Shown here in pieces: positions 41,101 to 49,480 of a stretch of 64,000 nucleotides of DNA. Source of the DNA: Chloroflexota bacterium (lineage in GTDB: Bacteria > Chloroflexota > Dehalococcoidia > UBA2979); assembly GCA_009840945.1 (NCBI GenBank), contig VXMU01000118.1, positions 2,454-66,453 on the forward strand, written 5' to 3'. The notes below the pieces were generated by a model. That model worked only from the letters and a program-made list of their open reading frames with translations, had not been told where the DNA came from and did no database searches. Every line of letters begins with the position of its first letter. Position 1 is the first letter of the stretch. The translations under genes and the position numbers were made by a program.

Positions 41101-44100
41101 TGACCGCGCCGACGGCCAGGTCCTGCCGTACGAGCCGGTCGAGGGCGCGCACGCCCTGCTGGGGGGTCATCCACTCGGCGCCGGACGCCGCCAGCGTCGA
41201 CTCGATCCGTTCGCGGTGCTGCTCCGCCTCCCCGACGCCCAGCCACGCGCCCCACTGGACGGCCTGTCCGGGCAGGCCCAGCGCACGCCGGTGACGGGCG
41301 AGTTGGTCCAGGAACGCGTTCGCGGACGAGTAGTTGGCCTGGCCGGGGTTCCCCCGCACGCCCGACATGCTCGAGAAGAGGATGAAGAGGTCGAGGTCGA
41401 GCTGCTCGGTGGCGCGGTGCAGCTCCCAGGCGCCCAGCACCTTCGGCCACACGATCTCCTCGAAGCGCTCCCAGCTCTGGTTGATCAGCGCCGCATCGGA
41501 GAGCGCTCCGACGCTGTGGATCACGCCGCCGAGCGGCGGCAGCTGCTCATCGATCCGCGCGAGCATGTCCCGCAGCGCGCGGGCATCGGCGACGTCGGCG
41601 ATTTCGACCTGGACGGTCGCGCCCCGCTCGCGCAGCGAGCGGATCACGTCCTCGGCGGCCTCGTCGGGCGGTCGTCGCCCGTTGAGGACGATGACGCCCG
41701 CGCCGCGTTCGGCCAGCCAGCCCGCGACCGCGCCGCCGATGCCCCCGAGCCCGCCGGTCACGAGGTACGTACGGTCCTCGCGCAGCCGGCCCGTCGCGAT
41801 CGGCGAGGCCGTGAGGACCGCGACCTCGCCGCCGAGATCGGACATGGCGAAGTCCGCCGCGGCGGCTGCCTGGGCGACCGGCCATTGGCGCACGGGCGGC
41901 GCGTGAAGCTCGCCGGTGGCGAGGCGGGCGACCACGCTGCCGAGCGCGGCGCGCACCCGCGCCGGGTCGTCCTCGATGTAGTCCGCGAGGGAGGAACTCG
42001 CTTCCGCGTCGAGCTCGTCCAGGATGAGCGTGAGGGGAGCGGCGGCGAGGTCCGGCGCCCGCACGCCCGCGGGCGCGGGCACGGCCAGCGCCGACGGCAC
42101 CACGGCGGTCGGTCCGATCGCCTCGGAGGAGAGTCCCACGACGCGGTCATCGCCCCTGAAGCCTGTCACGTCGGGAGCAGCCTCGAGCACGCGGCCGCAC
42201 AGGACGCGGACGCCCTCGTCGGCTCCCGTGGCCTCGACGGCCACGCGGATCTCGCTGGCGGCGAGGGGGCGCTCCCCGGCGGGCTCCACTCGCAGGTCAC
42301 CATCCGGGTCGCGGGTGATGCGCCACTCGGCGTCCTCGGGCAGCGAGAGCTGTGGCGTGCCGTTGGCGCCTCGCACGAGCCTCGGCGCGCGGCGGTCGCC
42401 GGCGCGGTACGCGACCAGCGTCTCGCCGTCGGGGGCCAGCAGTTCGTCGATGAAGCCGTCGGGGAGCGCGTCCCCGTCCGGGTCGAGGTCGATCACCCTC
42501 GCGGGCAACCGCGCCAGCTCGCGCGTCACGACCTTGCCGAAGCCCCACAGCATTGCGCCGGCGAGCGCGCCGGTGTGCTCGTGATCGAGTACCTGCCCGC
42601 CCCGGCTGACGAACCAGACGCCGTGCTCGGGCTCCGCGTCGGCGTCGACCAGCCCCTGCACCAGCGCCAGCGCGCTGCCGGAGGCGTGCGTGACGTCCTG
42701 TCTCATCTCATCGGTCGTGGCGCCTGCCCCGTGGCCGTCGAGGGCGGCCAGATGCACCACGCCCCGCAGCGGAACGTCGTCGGGCAACGCCTCGACCATG
42801 GAACGCCATGATTCGCGCTGGTATGGGTCGACGAGGGCACCGGTTGGTCCGGGCCCGTCCGTCGGCGTGGCGCTCGCGATCACGACCGTCTGGTTGCGCG
42901 CCGCCAAATCGGCGGCGATGCGGTCTGCGACCCCGCCCCGGTCCGGCGAGAGGATCCACGCGCCGGGCGTATCGGCAGCGTCCCCGTCCGCCGCGTACGG
43001 GCGGTCGCGCCAGATCACCTCGTACATCAGGTCGTCGAGGGCGTCGACGGAGGAGAGGAGCGCGGCGCGCGTCGCCCGCTTCGCCGTGTAGCCGCTCACC
43101 CCGCCGATCGGCGCGCCGTCGCTGTCGTAGATCCAGATGTCGGCCTTGAGCACCTCGGGCGCGCCCGCCGGGGCAGCGGCCGCGCCTGCGTCGCGCATCT
43201 GCGCGCGGCACACCAGCCGCTCGGGGAGGGGGCCGTTGAGCCAGAGCCGCTCCCACCCGAACGGCATGTACGCCGCCGTGTCGTCCTCGCTCGCGCCGCG
43301 AGCGCCCGCCACCACCTGGAAGCAGGCGTCGAGGAGCAGGGGGTGGACATCGATGCCGCTACGGTCGACCTGACCCGGCAGGGAGATCTCGCCCAGCGCC
43401 TCGCCAGGCGACTGCCAGACGTCCGTCAGTCCGCGGAAGGCGGGGCCGAGGAAGACACCAGTGTTGCCGCGGGCGCGGTAGAGCGCGGACGCATCGCCGC
43501 GCGCCATCGCGGACTTGATGCTCGCTACGTCGATCGCCCCGGCGGCCGCGGCGGTCGCGGAGCCGGCCGAGACGCGACCGTCCACGTGCAGCGTCCACTC
43601 CGGGTCCGGCCCGCGACTGAACGCCTCGACGCGTCTCGCGCCGCTGCCGTTGCGGGGCGCGATGACGAGCTGCAGCCGCCGGCTCAGCTCACCATCGTCC
43701 GACTCCTCGGGGAACATGAGGGGGCTGTGCAGCTGCATGTCGTCGACGACGACCGCGTCCGACCCCTCGGCGAGTGCCGCCGAGGCAGCCATCGCCCCGT
43801 AGAGCGCGCCGGGCGCGACCACCCGTCCGAAGACGCGGTGGTCGGAGAGCCACGCCGGCTCGGACGGGTCGAGCTGGGTCTCGAACGAGACCTCGCCCGC
43901 CGGGGATTCGTGCCGCGTACCGAGCAGCGGGTGGCCGCTGTCCGCCCGGCGACGCTTGTGACCCTCGATCCAGTACCTGCTCAGCTGGAACGGATACCCG
44001 GGCACGCCCACGCGGCTCCGCCGCTCCCCCTGGTAGAGGCCCTCGAAGGCAACGTCGAGGCCGGCCTCGAACGCCTGGGCCACGGCCTCGGGGAAGCTCG

Positions 44101-46765
44101 TCTCCGCCTCGGTCCCGCCACGCTCGACGGGTCTGAGCATGCTGGGAATGACCACAGCCGCCCCGGGCGTGCCCGGAGGATTCGGCCAGATCATGCTCAC
44201 CATCGGCCCGAGGACCGCGTGCGGGCCGATCTCGATGACCGTATCGACGCCCATCTCGGCCGCCGTCTGGACGCCGTCCGCGAAGGCGACCGGCTGGCGC
44301 GCGTGGTGGCTCCAGTACGCGCCGTCGAGCGCCTGCCCCGGCTCGAGGAGCCGGCCGCTGACGTTGCTGATGAAGTCCACCCGCGGGGGCGCGACGGTTA
44401 CCTCGTTCGCGCGCGCCTCAAGCGCCGGCAGCACCGGCTCCAGCAGCGCGCTGTGGTAGACGCGGCTCATGGTCAGGCGTCGCACGCGCACTTCCTCGGC
44501 CTCGAAGCGCTCCGTGATGGCGTCGACTTCGTGCACGAGGCCGGTCACGACTTGGTTGACCCCGTTGTCGACGGCGATCCCCAGTGCGGCGCGTTCGGAG
44601 GTGGCGTTGACCTCGTCGATCATCGACTCGACGCGGTCGCGCGGCGCGAACACGGCCGCCATCGCGCCTTCCTCGGTGTCGGCGACGAGCCGTCCGCGGG
44701 CGATCGCGATGCGCATCCCGTCCTCGATGCTGAAGACCCACGCGGCCTGGGCCGCGGGAAGCTCGCCGAAGCTGTGGCCGATGACGACGTCCGGCCGGAC
44801 GCCGACGCTGGCCCACAGCGCGTTCAGCGCGCAGTCGAGCGCGTAGAGCGCCGGCTGCGTCCACTCACTCAGGTCGAGGTCGGCGTCATTCCGGCCGAAC
44901 ATCACGTCGAGGATCGAATCGCCGGTCTCCTCCACGTGGACCGCCTCGCAGCGGTCGAGAACGGCCCGGGCGACGGGCTCGGTGTCGTACAGCTCCCGGC
45001 CCATGCCGACCCACTGGCCGCCCTGCCCGGAGTAGGCGAAGGCCACCTTGCGCGACGACCCCGGCGGCGGTCCCGCCTCGGCGCCCGCGAGGTCGGCAAG
45101 GCGCTCGCGGAGCGACTCGGCGTCGTCGAACACCAGCCCCGCGCGGTGGTTGAAGCGGCTCCGGCCGACACTCGTCGTCCACGCGAGGTCGGCGAGCGCG
45201 TCCTGCGTCCATGCGCCGTCGCCAAGCCGGTCGAGGTAGCGCTGCGCCAGCTCGCGGAGCGCCGGGTCGTTCTTCGCCGACAGCGGCAGGACGCGTGTCA
45301 GTCGCGACTCGAGGGCCTCATCGGGGACGGCGAGGTCGGCGAAGGGCTCCTCCAGGGGCGCGTCCACGGTCTGGGCGGGTCCGGCGATCCAGTCCTCGGT
45401 CGGACTGCCGGCGATCTCGGTCTGCTCGAACCCCTCGACCACGAGGTGGGCGTTGGTGCCGGACATGCCGTAGGAGCTGACGGCGCCCCGAGGCGGCCGT
45501 CCCGGCGTGGCCGGCCAGGGTGTGGCCTCGCCGGTCACGCGCACGGGCAACTCGTCCCAGTCGATGTCCGGGCTGGGGTTGGCGAAGTGCAGGTGCTTCG
45601 GGATGAGCCCTCGGCGCATCGCGAGCACGGTCTTGATCAGGCCGGCCATCCCGGCGGCCGACTCCATGTGGCCGACGTTGGTCTTCACCGAGCCGATCAG
45701 CAGCGGGCTTTCCGGGTCGCGGCCTTCAGCGTACACCCTGGCGAGCGCGGCCACCTCGATGGGGTCGCCCACCGCCGTCCCGGTCCCGTGCGCCTCCAGG
45801 TACTGGACGTCCGAGGGGGCCAGGTCCGCGCGCGCGAGGGCGTCGCGCAGGACCGTGACCTGCGCGGGCTCGTTGGGGACGGTGTACCCGCTGCTGGCGC
45901 CGCCGTGGTTCACGGCCGTGCCGCGCAGCACGCCCCAGATGCGGTCGCCGTCGGCGAGCGCCTCGTCCAGCCGCTTGAGCACGACCACGCCGCAGCCCTC
46001 GGCGCGCACGAACCCGTTGGCGGAGGCGTCGAACGCCTTGCACTGGCCGTCGGGCGAGAGGATGCCGGCAATCGTGCGGGCCTCGAAGAGCCGGGGGTCG
46101 AGGATCACGTTCACGCCCCCGGCGATCGCCAGGTCCAGCTCACGTTGATGCAGCGCCGTGACGCCCTGGTGCACCGCGACCAGGGACGACGCGCAAGCGG
46201 CGTCGGTCACCGTCGTGTGACCCTCGAGGCCGAGCACGAACGCGACGCGGCCGCTGACGCCGTTGAGGTTCGTGCCGATCCCGGCGTAGAGCCCGACCGC
46301 GGGGTCGGGCTGCTCGGCGGCCTCGTCGAGCCACTCGAGCACGAGGTGGCGGTAGTCCATGTTGCTGATGCCGGTGAAGACGCCGGTACGGCTGCCCTTC
46401 AACCCATCCGGGTCGAGTCCCGCATCCTCCAGCGCGCGCCAGCTGGTCTCCAGCATCAGCCGATGCTGGGGGTCCAGCGTCTCCGCCTCGACAGGCGAGA
46501 TGCGGAAGAACGCCGGGTCGAAGAGGTCGATGTCGTCCAGGAGTCCCGCGAAGCGTGAGGCGTCACCCGCGACGTCCGTGTATGGGAAGATCTGGCCGAA
46601 GCGCCCGGCCCCGGACCCCGGGTCGCCCTCGGTGATGGCGTTCTCGCCGCCGTCCAGCAGGCGCCAGAACGCGTCGAGGTCGGGTGCGCCTGGGAAGCGG
46701 CATGCCATCCCCACGATGGCGATCGGCTCGGCGGGCTCGTTCGTGGCGCTGTGAGGTTCCAACAC
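38147..46765 (-). CDS. Type I polyketide synthase, 2872 aa: KS-AT-DH-psiKR-(ER remnant)-KR-ACP-KS-(AT remnant)
   Basis: Domain motifs were read from the translation (residue numbers from my own count, which totals 2872):
- KS1: DAACASS (C191), EAHGTGT, KTNVGH.
- AT1: GHSFGE (S665).
- DH: HPLLGTRHESP and LLLDACFQ.
- KR: YLVTGGLGGIG and NYSSAN.
- ACP: LGIDSL (S1975).
- KS2: VVCASAL (C2210), EAHG, KTNIGH.
- Final ~265 aa: AT-like, but without GHSxG. Confidence 0.95.
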   Translation of the reverse strand: MLEPHSATNEPAEPIAIVGMACRFPGAPDLDAFWRLLDGGENAITEGDPGSGAGRFGQIFPYTDVAGDASRFAGLLDDIDLFDPAFFRISPVEAETLDPQHRLMLETSWRALEDAGLDPDGLKGSRTGVFTGISNMDYRHLVLEWLDEAAEQPDPAVGLYAGIGTNLNGVSGRVAFVLGLEGHTTVTDAACASSLVAVHQGVTALHQRELDLAIAGGVNVILDPRLFEARTIAGILSPDGQCKAFDASANGFVRAEGCGVVVLKRLDEALADGDRIWGVLRGTAVNHGGASSGYTVPNEPAQVTVLRDALARADLAPSDVQYLEAHGTGTAVGDPIEVAALARVYAEGRDPESPLLIGSVKTNVGHMESAAGMAGLIKTVLAMRRGLIPKHLHFANPSPDIDWDELPVRVTGEATPWPATPGRPPRGAVSSYGMSGTNAHLVVEGFEQTEIAGSPTEDWIAGPAQTVDAPLEEPFADLAVPDEALESRLTRVLPLSAKNDPALRELAQRYLDRLGDGAWTQDALADLAWTTSVGRSRFNHRAGLVFDDAESLRERLADLAGAEAGPPPGSSRKVAFAYSGQGGQWVGMGRELYDTEPVARAVLDRCEAVHVEETGDSILDVMFGRNDADLDLSEWTQPALYALDCALNALWASVGVRPDVVIGHSFGELPAAQAAWVFSIEDGMRIAIARGRLVADTEEGAMAAVFAPRDRVESMIDEVNATSERAALGIAVDNGVNQVVTGLVHEVDAITERFEAEEVRVRRLTMSRVYHSALLEPVLPALEARANEVTVAPPRVDFISNVSGRLLEPGQALDGAYWSHHARQPVAFADGVQTAAEMGVDTVIEIGPHAVLGPMVSMIWPNPPGTPGAAVVIPSMLRPVERGGTEAETSFPEAVAQAFEAGLDVAFEGLYQGERRSRVGVPGYPFQLSRYWIEGHKRRRADSGHPLLGTRHESPAGEVSFETQLDPSEPAWLSDHRVFGRVVAPGALYGAMAASAALAEGSDAVVVDDMQLHSPLMFPEESDDGELSRRLQLVIAPRNGSGARRVEAFSRGPDPEWTLHVDGRVSAGSATAAAAGAIDVASIKSAMARGDASALYRARGNTGVFLGPAFRGLTDVWQSPGEALGEISLPGQVDRSGIDVHPLLLDACFQVVAGARGASEDDTAAYMPFGWERLWLNGPLPERLVCRAQMRDAGAAAAPAGAPEVLKADIWIYDSDGAPIGGVSGYTAKRATRAALLSSVDALDDLMYEVIWRDRPYAADGDAADTPGAWILSPDRGGVADRIAADLAARNQTVVIASATPTDGPGPTGALVDPYQRESWRSMVEALPDDVPLRGVVHLAALDGHGAGATTDEMRQDVTHASGSALALVQGLVDADAEPEHGVWFVSRGGQVLDHEHTGALAGAMLWGFGKVVTRELARLPARVIDLDPDGDALPDGFIDELLAPDGETLVAYRAGDRRAPRLVRGANGTPQLSLPEDAEWRITRDPDGDLRVEPAGERPLAASEIRVAVEATGADEGVRVLCGRVLEAAPDVTGFRGDDRVVGLSSEAIGPTAVVPSALAVPAPAGVRAPDLAAAPLTLILDELDAEASSSLADYIEDDPARVRAALGSVVARLATGELHAPPVRQWPVAQAAAAADFAMSDLGGEVAVLTASPIATGRLREDRTYLVTGGLGGIGGAVAGWLAERGAGVIVLNGRRPPDEAAEDVIRSLRERGATVQVEIADVADARALRDMLARIDEQLPPLGGVIHSVGALSDAALINQSWERFEEIVWPKVLGAWELHRATEQLDLDLFILFSSMSGVRGNPGQANYSSANAFLDQLARHRRALGLPGQAVQWGAWLGVGEAEQHRERIESTLAASGAEWMTPQQGVRALDRLVRQDLAVGAVTSMDWSTFAAGLRSVPPLIEELLTAASDDFDEADALAGDLVARVREAPEGERYGILVAFVQDLLQTLLRLPSRPAANVAFFELGIDSLMALELRARLNDALGGVYTASNTIAFDYPNAEDLGAHLVEALQAAGDETPAQPVAAPEPLAPPRSAVAEDAVAIVGMACRFPGAEDVAAFWRLLDAAASGVSEQRNGSGAWSGLQGDAAAGEPLYRQGAFVDGIDQFDASFFRVSPVEARNMDPQLRLLLETSWHALEDAGVDPGRLRGSRAGLYAGIGGSEYQDMMAAHGSPISYPGVNGPQGIGRVAFALGIDGPALPFDVVCASALVAVHHAASALRRGEVDIALAGGVNAVLSPRATRGMADFGMLSADGECRTFDASADGHVRGEGCGVVLLKRLDDAVADGDRIWAVVRGSAVNQNSSGASPTAPNGLAQRRVIEDALSDARLAPTDVDYLEAHGVASELGDAIELEAAAAVYGRDREPGQPLLVGSVKTNIGHLESASGAASLIKVVLSMQRGVIPAHLHFENPSTHLDWGGLPLRVTSSATPWPAHPDRAPIAGVSAFGLFGANAHVVVEGAVWPAEDASGDDSWATGAPHPIGPSADGSAAPAEARTARLLPLSGRTDAALRDLARSYLSWVDRYAADGPASRASEATLADAAWTAGSGRRHFAHRAGLVFHDAESLTEGLRAVAVTDPDDGSQPSPAVRVAFAYGSDANPSPDVTRSLYEAEPAVRAVLDRCAEAFEAATGQSLLAVIFGDDDSDVARSDPAAGYAVQCALTALWASVGLEPAVVAGGGAAGELAAAHTAGVLDLETGMRVAVALGRLSTGDGTAPAGAPLADVEAALGDTTPARPSVTLLSSVSGRAVDPDETFDAAYWLRRAQPSALRADALSGSGADLVVEIAGAGVPPGEAFTVVPGVLRADIEDPYEEFVRSVARVYESGVEIAFDGLFAGESRRRIALPGYPFQRRRFWMEPRRSPAAGDA
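38186..38980 (-). other. Vestigial AT-like domain (residues ~2596-2860) lacking the catalytic motifs
   Basis: AT1 has GQGGQW, VIGHSFGE and the ~65-aa small subdomain with YHS. AT2 has GSDANP, VVAGGGAAGE and a deletion in their place. Confidence 0.75.
39371..40633 (-). other. PKS domain KS2 (residues ~2045-2465), Cys/His/His present
   Basis: VAIVGMACRFPG ... FDVVCASALVAVH ... EAHGVASELGDAIE ... KTNIGHLESASG. Confidence 0.85.
40721..40948 (-). other. PKS integrated ACP (residues ~1940-2015)
   Basis: FFELGIDSLMALELRARL, attachment Ser1975. Confidence 0.85.
41231..41773 (-). other. PKS domain KR, catalytic half (residues ~1665-1845)
   Basis: TYLVTGGLGGIGGAVAGWLAERGA ... FSSMSGVRGNPGQANYSSANAFLD. 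Confidence 0.85.
43061..43936 (-). other. PKS domain DH (residues ~944-1235)
   Basis: HPLLGTRHESP (HxxxGxxxxP) and HPLLLDACFQ. Confidence 0.8.
44051..45043 (-). other. PKS domain AT1 (residues ~575-905), active-site GHSFG present
   Basis: AFAYSGQGGQW ... VIGHSFGELPAA ... RVYHSALLEP. The specificity motif is neither the classic HAFH nor YASH. Confidence 0.85.
45431..46729 (-). other. PKS domain KS1 (residues ~13-445), catalytic Cys/His/His present
   Basis: IAIVGMACRFPG ... DAACASSLVAVH ... EAHGTGTAVGDPIE ... KTNVGHMESAAG. Confidence 0.9.
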
Positions 46766-46787
46766 GATGCCGCCCCTTCTCCGACTC

Positions 46788-48524
46788 TTACCGCGATCCC
46801 TCTACGAGTACTGTAACGATATCGATTCCGTAGTACTGCTGATGGCGGACCGAGGATGCACGGGATCGGAGCAATCGGAGCGACATCTCGTCGACATCCG
46901 GCAGCTCGGCATCTTCACTGAGGTACGCGAGTTGATCTTCCAGGTTCTCTTGGTCCGAGGAGCCCACGAACTCCAGCTCCACCATTCCGGCCTGGGGGCG
47001 CGCGGTGATGGTCAACCTTCCAGCGCCGTCTGCGCTGTCGCCATTCCAGCCCGCGAGGCTGGACACGGTTTCCTCGCCGACGGAGCGCAGGCGCTCAGTC
47101 GATGGTTCGTTCCACCCGAGGCCGGACGCGAGGTCGCGCATGAACTCGTCGATGGCCGGGAGAGCCGCCGCATCCATCGCGGCCTCCAGGCGTCGGGGGC
47201 GTCCCCCGGTGTACTCGAGGATGAGGCTGAGCAGAATGGCGGAGAGCGCGCCGTACAACACGCCGCTGCCGAAGACTGCCCCCAGCTCGTCCCCGAGCAC
47301 ATGCGGGATGACATCGTGATTGTCGAGTCCAAGGCCAAGCGCGAGCGAGAGCCCGATAGTCAGCGTCTTCTGCTGGTCGAGGCCACCCTGGAAGGCGGTC
47401 TGAGCGCCGCCCACGAAGATGATGCCCAGCGCCAGGATCAGGTAGGCGCCCATGACGGGACTGGGGATCGTCAGGAGGACCGCGCCCACCTTCGGAAAGA
47501 CGGCCGCGACGAGGAAAATCACGGCGATGGCGTAGCCGACACGCCGGGAAGCGACTCCCGTGAAGCTAATCAGCGAGGTGCTGAACGAGGCGTACGGCTG
47601 CACCGGGGGCGTCCCAGTGACCCCCGCGAGGAGCATCCCCAACCCGTTGGTGCTCACAGTGCCCTGTACATACCGGAAATCGACCGCCCGGGGCTCGCGT
47701 TGGGACGCTCGCTGAATGATCATGCTGTCGCTGATGGCCTTCGTGCAGAGGACCAGCGTTAGCACCACGAAGGTTGGAAGCAGCGCCCAGAACTCGGGAC
47801 CCGGGGTGAGGTCGAGACCCGGGAACTGCGCTTCCGGAAAGCCGAGCCACGGCGCATCGAGCACTCGCTGGATCTCGTACTGACCGAGCGCCGCCGTCAG
47901 CGCGCAGCCGGCGCCGATGCTGATCATCGTCGACCACTGGCGCCACGGGCCCGAGCCTCGCAGCACGAACGCCACCGCGACCACGAGGGTCAGGGTACCC
48001 ACGGCCGGACCGGCGAAGGCGGGGGCGCCTTCGGGCAGTTCCGTGAGGCGGTCGGTTCCGAATCGCACGAGCGTCACGGCGACGAGCATCAGGACGGTGC
48101 CCGACACGACGGGCGTGATGATGCGACGCAGCACCGGGAGCCAGAGCGCGACGGCGAACTGCACGAATGCACAGACCACCAGGAGGCTCGCCAGCGTGTC
48201 GGGACCTCCCTCGGAGAGGGCCACGATCGTGATCGCGACGAACTGGACGGTGGGACCGGTGATCACGATGTGCCCGGACCCGAGCCGCGGCGCACGGGTG
48301 GCGTGCAGAGCGGTGATCACGGCGTTGATGAGCAGTGCACAGAGGACAGCCCAGTTCAGGTACTCGTCACCCTGATCGGCCGCCCGCACGGAGATGGCCA
48401 CGATCAGGATCGTCGGCGCCAGTACGAGCGCGACCCCCTGCAAGCCGACGGCGGTCGCAACGAGGGGCGAACACGCCTCATCCGGCGTGTACCGCACGTT
48501 TTCGTTCACGCCCTGTGCTGCCAT
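46788..48524 (-). CDS. NCS2 (xanthine/uracil/ascorbate permease)-like transporter with a ~134-aa cytoplasmic C-terminal extension
   Basis: 578 aa. The N-terminal ~440 aa are polytopic with AVGLQGVALVLAPTILIV (compare the GLQH motif of NCS2). The last 134 aa are soluble and not part of the permease fold. The gene sits 22 bp upstream of the PKS start. Confidence 0.7.
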   Translation of the reverse strand: MAAQGVNENVRYTPDEACSPLVATAVGLQGVALVLAPTILIVAISVRAADQGDEYLNWAVLCALLINAVITALHATRAPRLGSGHIVITGPTVQFVAITIVALSEGGPDTLASLLVVCAFVQFAVALWLPVLRRIITPVVSGTVLMLVAVTLVRFGTDRLTELPEGAPAFAGPAVGTLTLVVAVAFVLRGSGPWRQWSTMISIGAGCALTAALGQYEIQRVLDAPWLGFPEAQFPGLDLTPGPEFWALLPTFVVLTLVLCTKAISDSMIIQRASQREPRAVDFRYVQGTVSTNGLGMLLAGVTGTPPVQPYASFSTSLISFTGVASRRVGYAIAVIFLVAAVFPKVGAVLLTIPSPVMGAYLILALGIIFVGGAQTAFQGGLDQQKTLTIGLSLALGLGLDNHDVIPHVLGDELGAVFGSGVLYGALSAILLSLILEYTGGRPRRLEAAMDAAALPAIDEFMRDLASGLGWNEPSTERLRSVGEETVSSLAGWNGDSADGAGRLTITARPQAGMVELEFVGSSDQENLEDQLAYLSEDAELPDVDEMSLRLLRSRASSVRHQQYYGIDIVTVLVEGSR

Positions 48525-48539
48525 GCGGCGTCGCCCCCG

Positions 48540-49457
48540 TCAGCTCCGGAGCAACGCCAGCGAGTCCAGGAACTCGCGCATGACGTTCACGCATTCCGAA
48601 GGCTGCTGCAGTTGCAGCATGTGAGTGGCGTCGGGGAGAAAGTCATAGTCGACCCCCACGATGTCACCCAGATCGAAGGTAGGCAGGTACGAATACGGGA
48701 GCGTGGGGTCTGCGCCGATGACCTTGACCGGGCACTGGACGGACACGAGGTCCACCAGGACGGCGAACATCCGCGCGTACTCGATGATCTGCGCTTCGTA
48801 TTCGGGTGGACATCTGAGCTCGTACCCGCGTCCGTCGGGGGCTTCGCGGAGTGTTGTTTCCGCGGCGAGGAGCCCGACGCCATCTACGACGTCATGAAAG
48901 GTGGGTGTGAAGCCGATCAGGTCGGCGAAGTTCTGCTTGCTGCGGCAGCGGTTTGACCGGCCCCGCGCCCGTTGCGCCTGATCGATGGCCGCGTCGTCGA
49001 ACTCCTCGTGGAGTACGCCCGGCCTGCGCAAGGGGGGATCGAAGAGCACGAGCGCATCGAGGTTGCCCCCGCTGCTCGGCGCCAGCAGTGCGGCCAGTGA
49101 CGAGACGGAGTGATAGACGCCAACCGTTGGCTTCGGTCCCCACTCAGCGCCGATCGCTTCGATCACAAGGTCGTGGTCGGCCGCCAGCGTGGGGAGGGTG
49201 TGGCCCTCGAGCGGGCCGACCGTGTTCTGGCCGTGGTTCCGCAGGTCGTGGACGACGACATCGAACTCGTCCGTCAGGAGCGACCAGAACGGGTAGTAGA
49301 GGTCAATCGCGAGGCCGTTGCCATGGCTCAGCACCAGTCTCGGTCCGTCCGGATTCCCATGACGGCGCACCCTGATGGCGGTGTCCGCGCCGACCTGGAG
49401 GTCAAGCACGGAGTCGGGCTCGGGCACCTCCCACACGGTCATTGCCGAGTCCATCAC
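48540..49457 (-). CDS. Alpha/beta hydrolase (paralog 1)
   Basis: LVLSHGNGLAIDLYYPFW, nucleophile elbow GVYHSVSS, C-terminal His in DATHMLQLQQP. It is roughly 60% identical by eye to the product of 51648-52538. The start may be ATG 49442. Confidence 0.8.
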   Translation of the reverse strand: MMDSAMTVWEVPEPDSVLDLQVGADTAIRVRRHGNPDGPRLVLSHGNGLAIDLYYPFWSLLTDEFDVVVHDLRNHGQNTVGPLEGHTLPTLAADHDLVIEAIGAEWGPKPTVGVYHSVSSLAALLAPSSGGNLDALVLFDPPLRRPGVLHEEFDDAAIDQAQRARGRSNRCRSKQNFADLIGFTPTFHDVVDGVGLLAAETTLREAPDGRGYELRCPPEYEAQIIEYARMFAVLVDLVSVQCPVKVIGADPTLPYSYLPTFDLGDIVGVDYDFLPDATHMLQLQQPSECVNVMREFLDSLALLRS

Positions 49458-49480
49458 GCAACTCCGGACTTCGCCGCTGC

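Noticed and set aside
42011-42268. A functional ER domain in PKS module 1.
   Set aside because: Only the N-terminal lobe-like sequence is present. The NADPH-binding lobe is missing.
40109-46558. 900-aa and 1071-aa plus-strand ORFs (40109-42811 and 43343-46558).
   Set aside because: Both are antisense to the PKS gene. They have no recognisable motifs and are rich in Arg, Gly and Asp. They are shadow ORFs.
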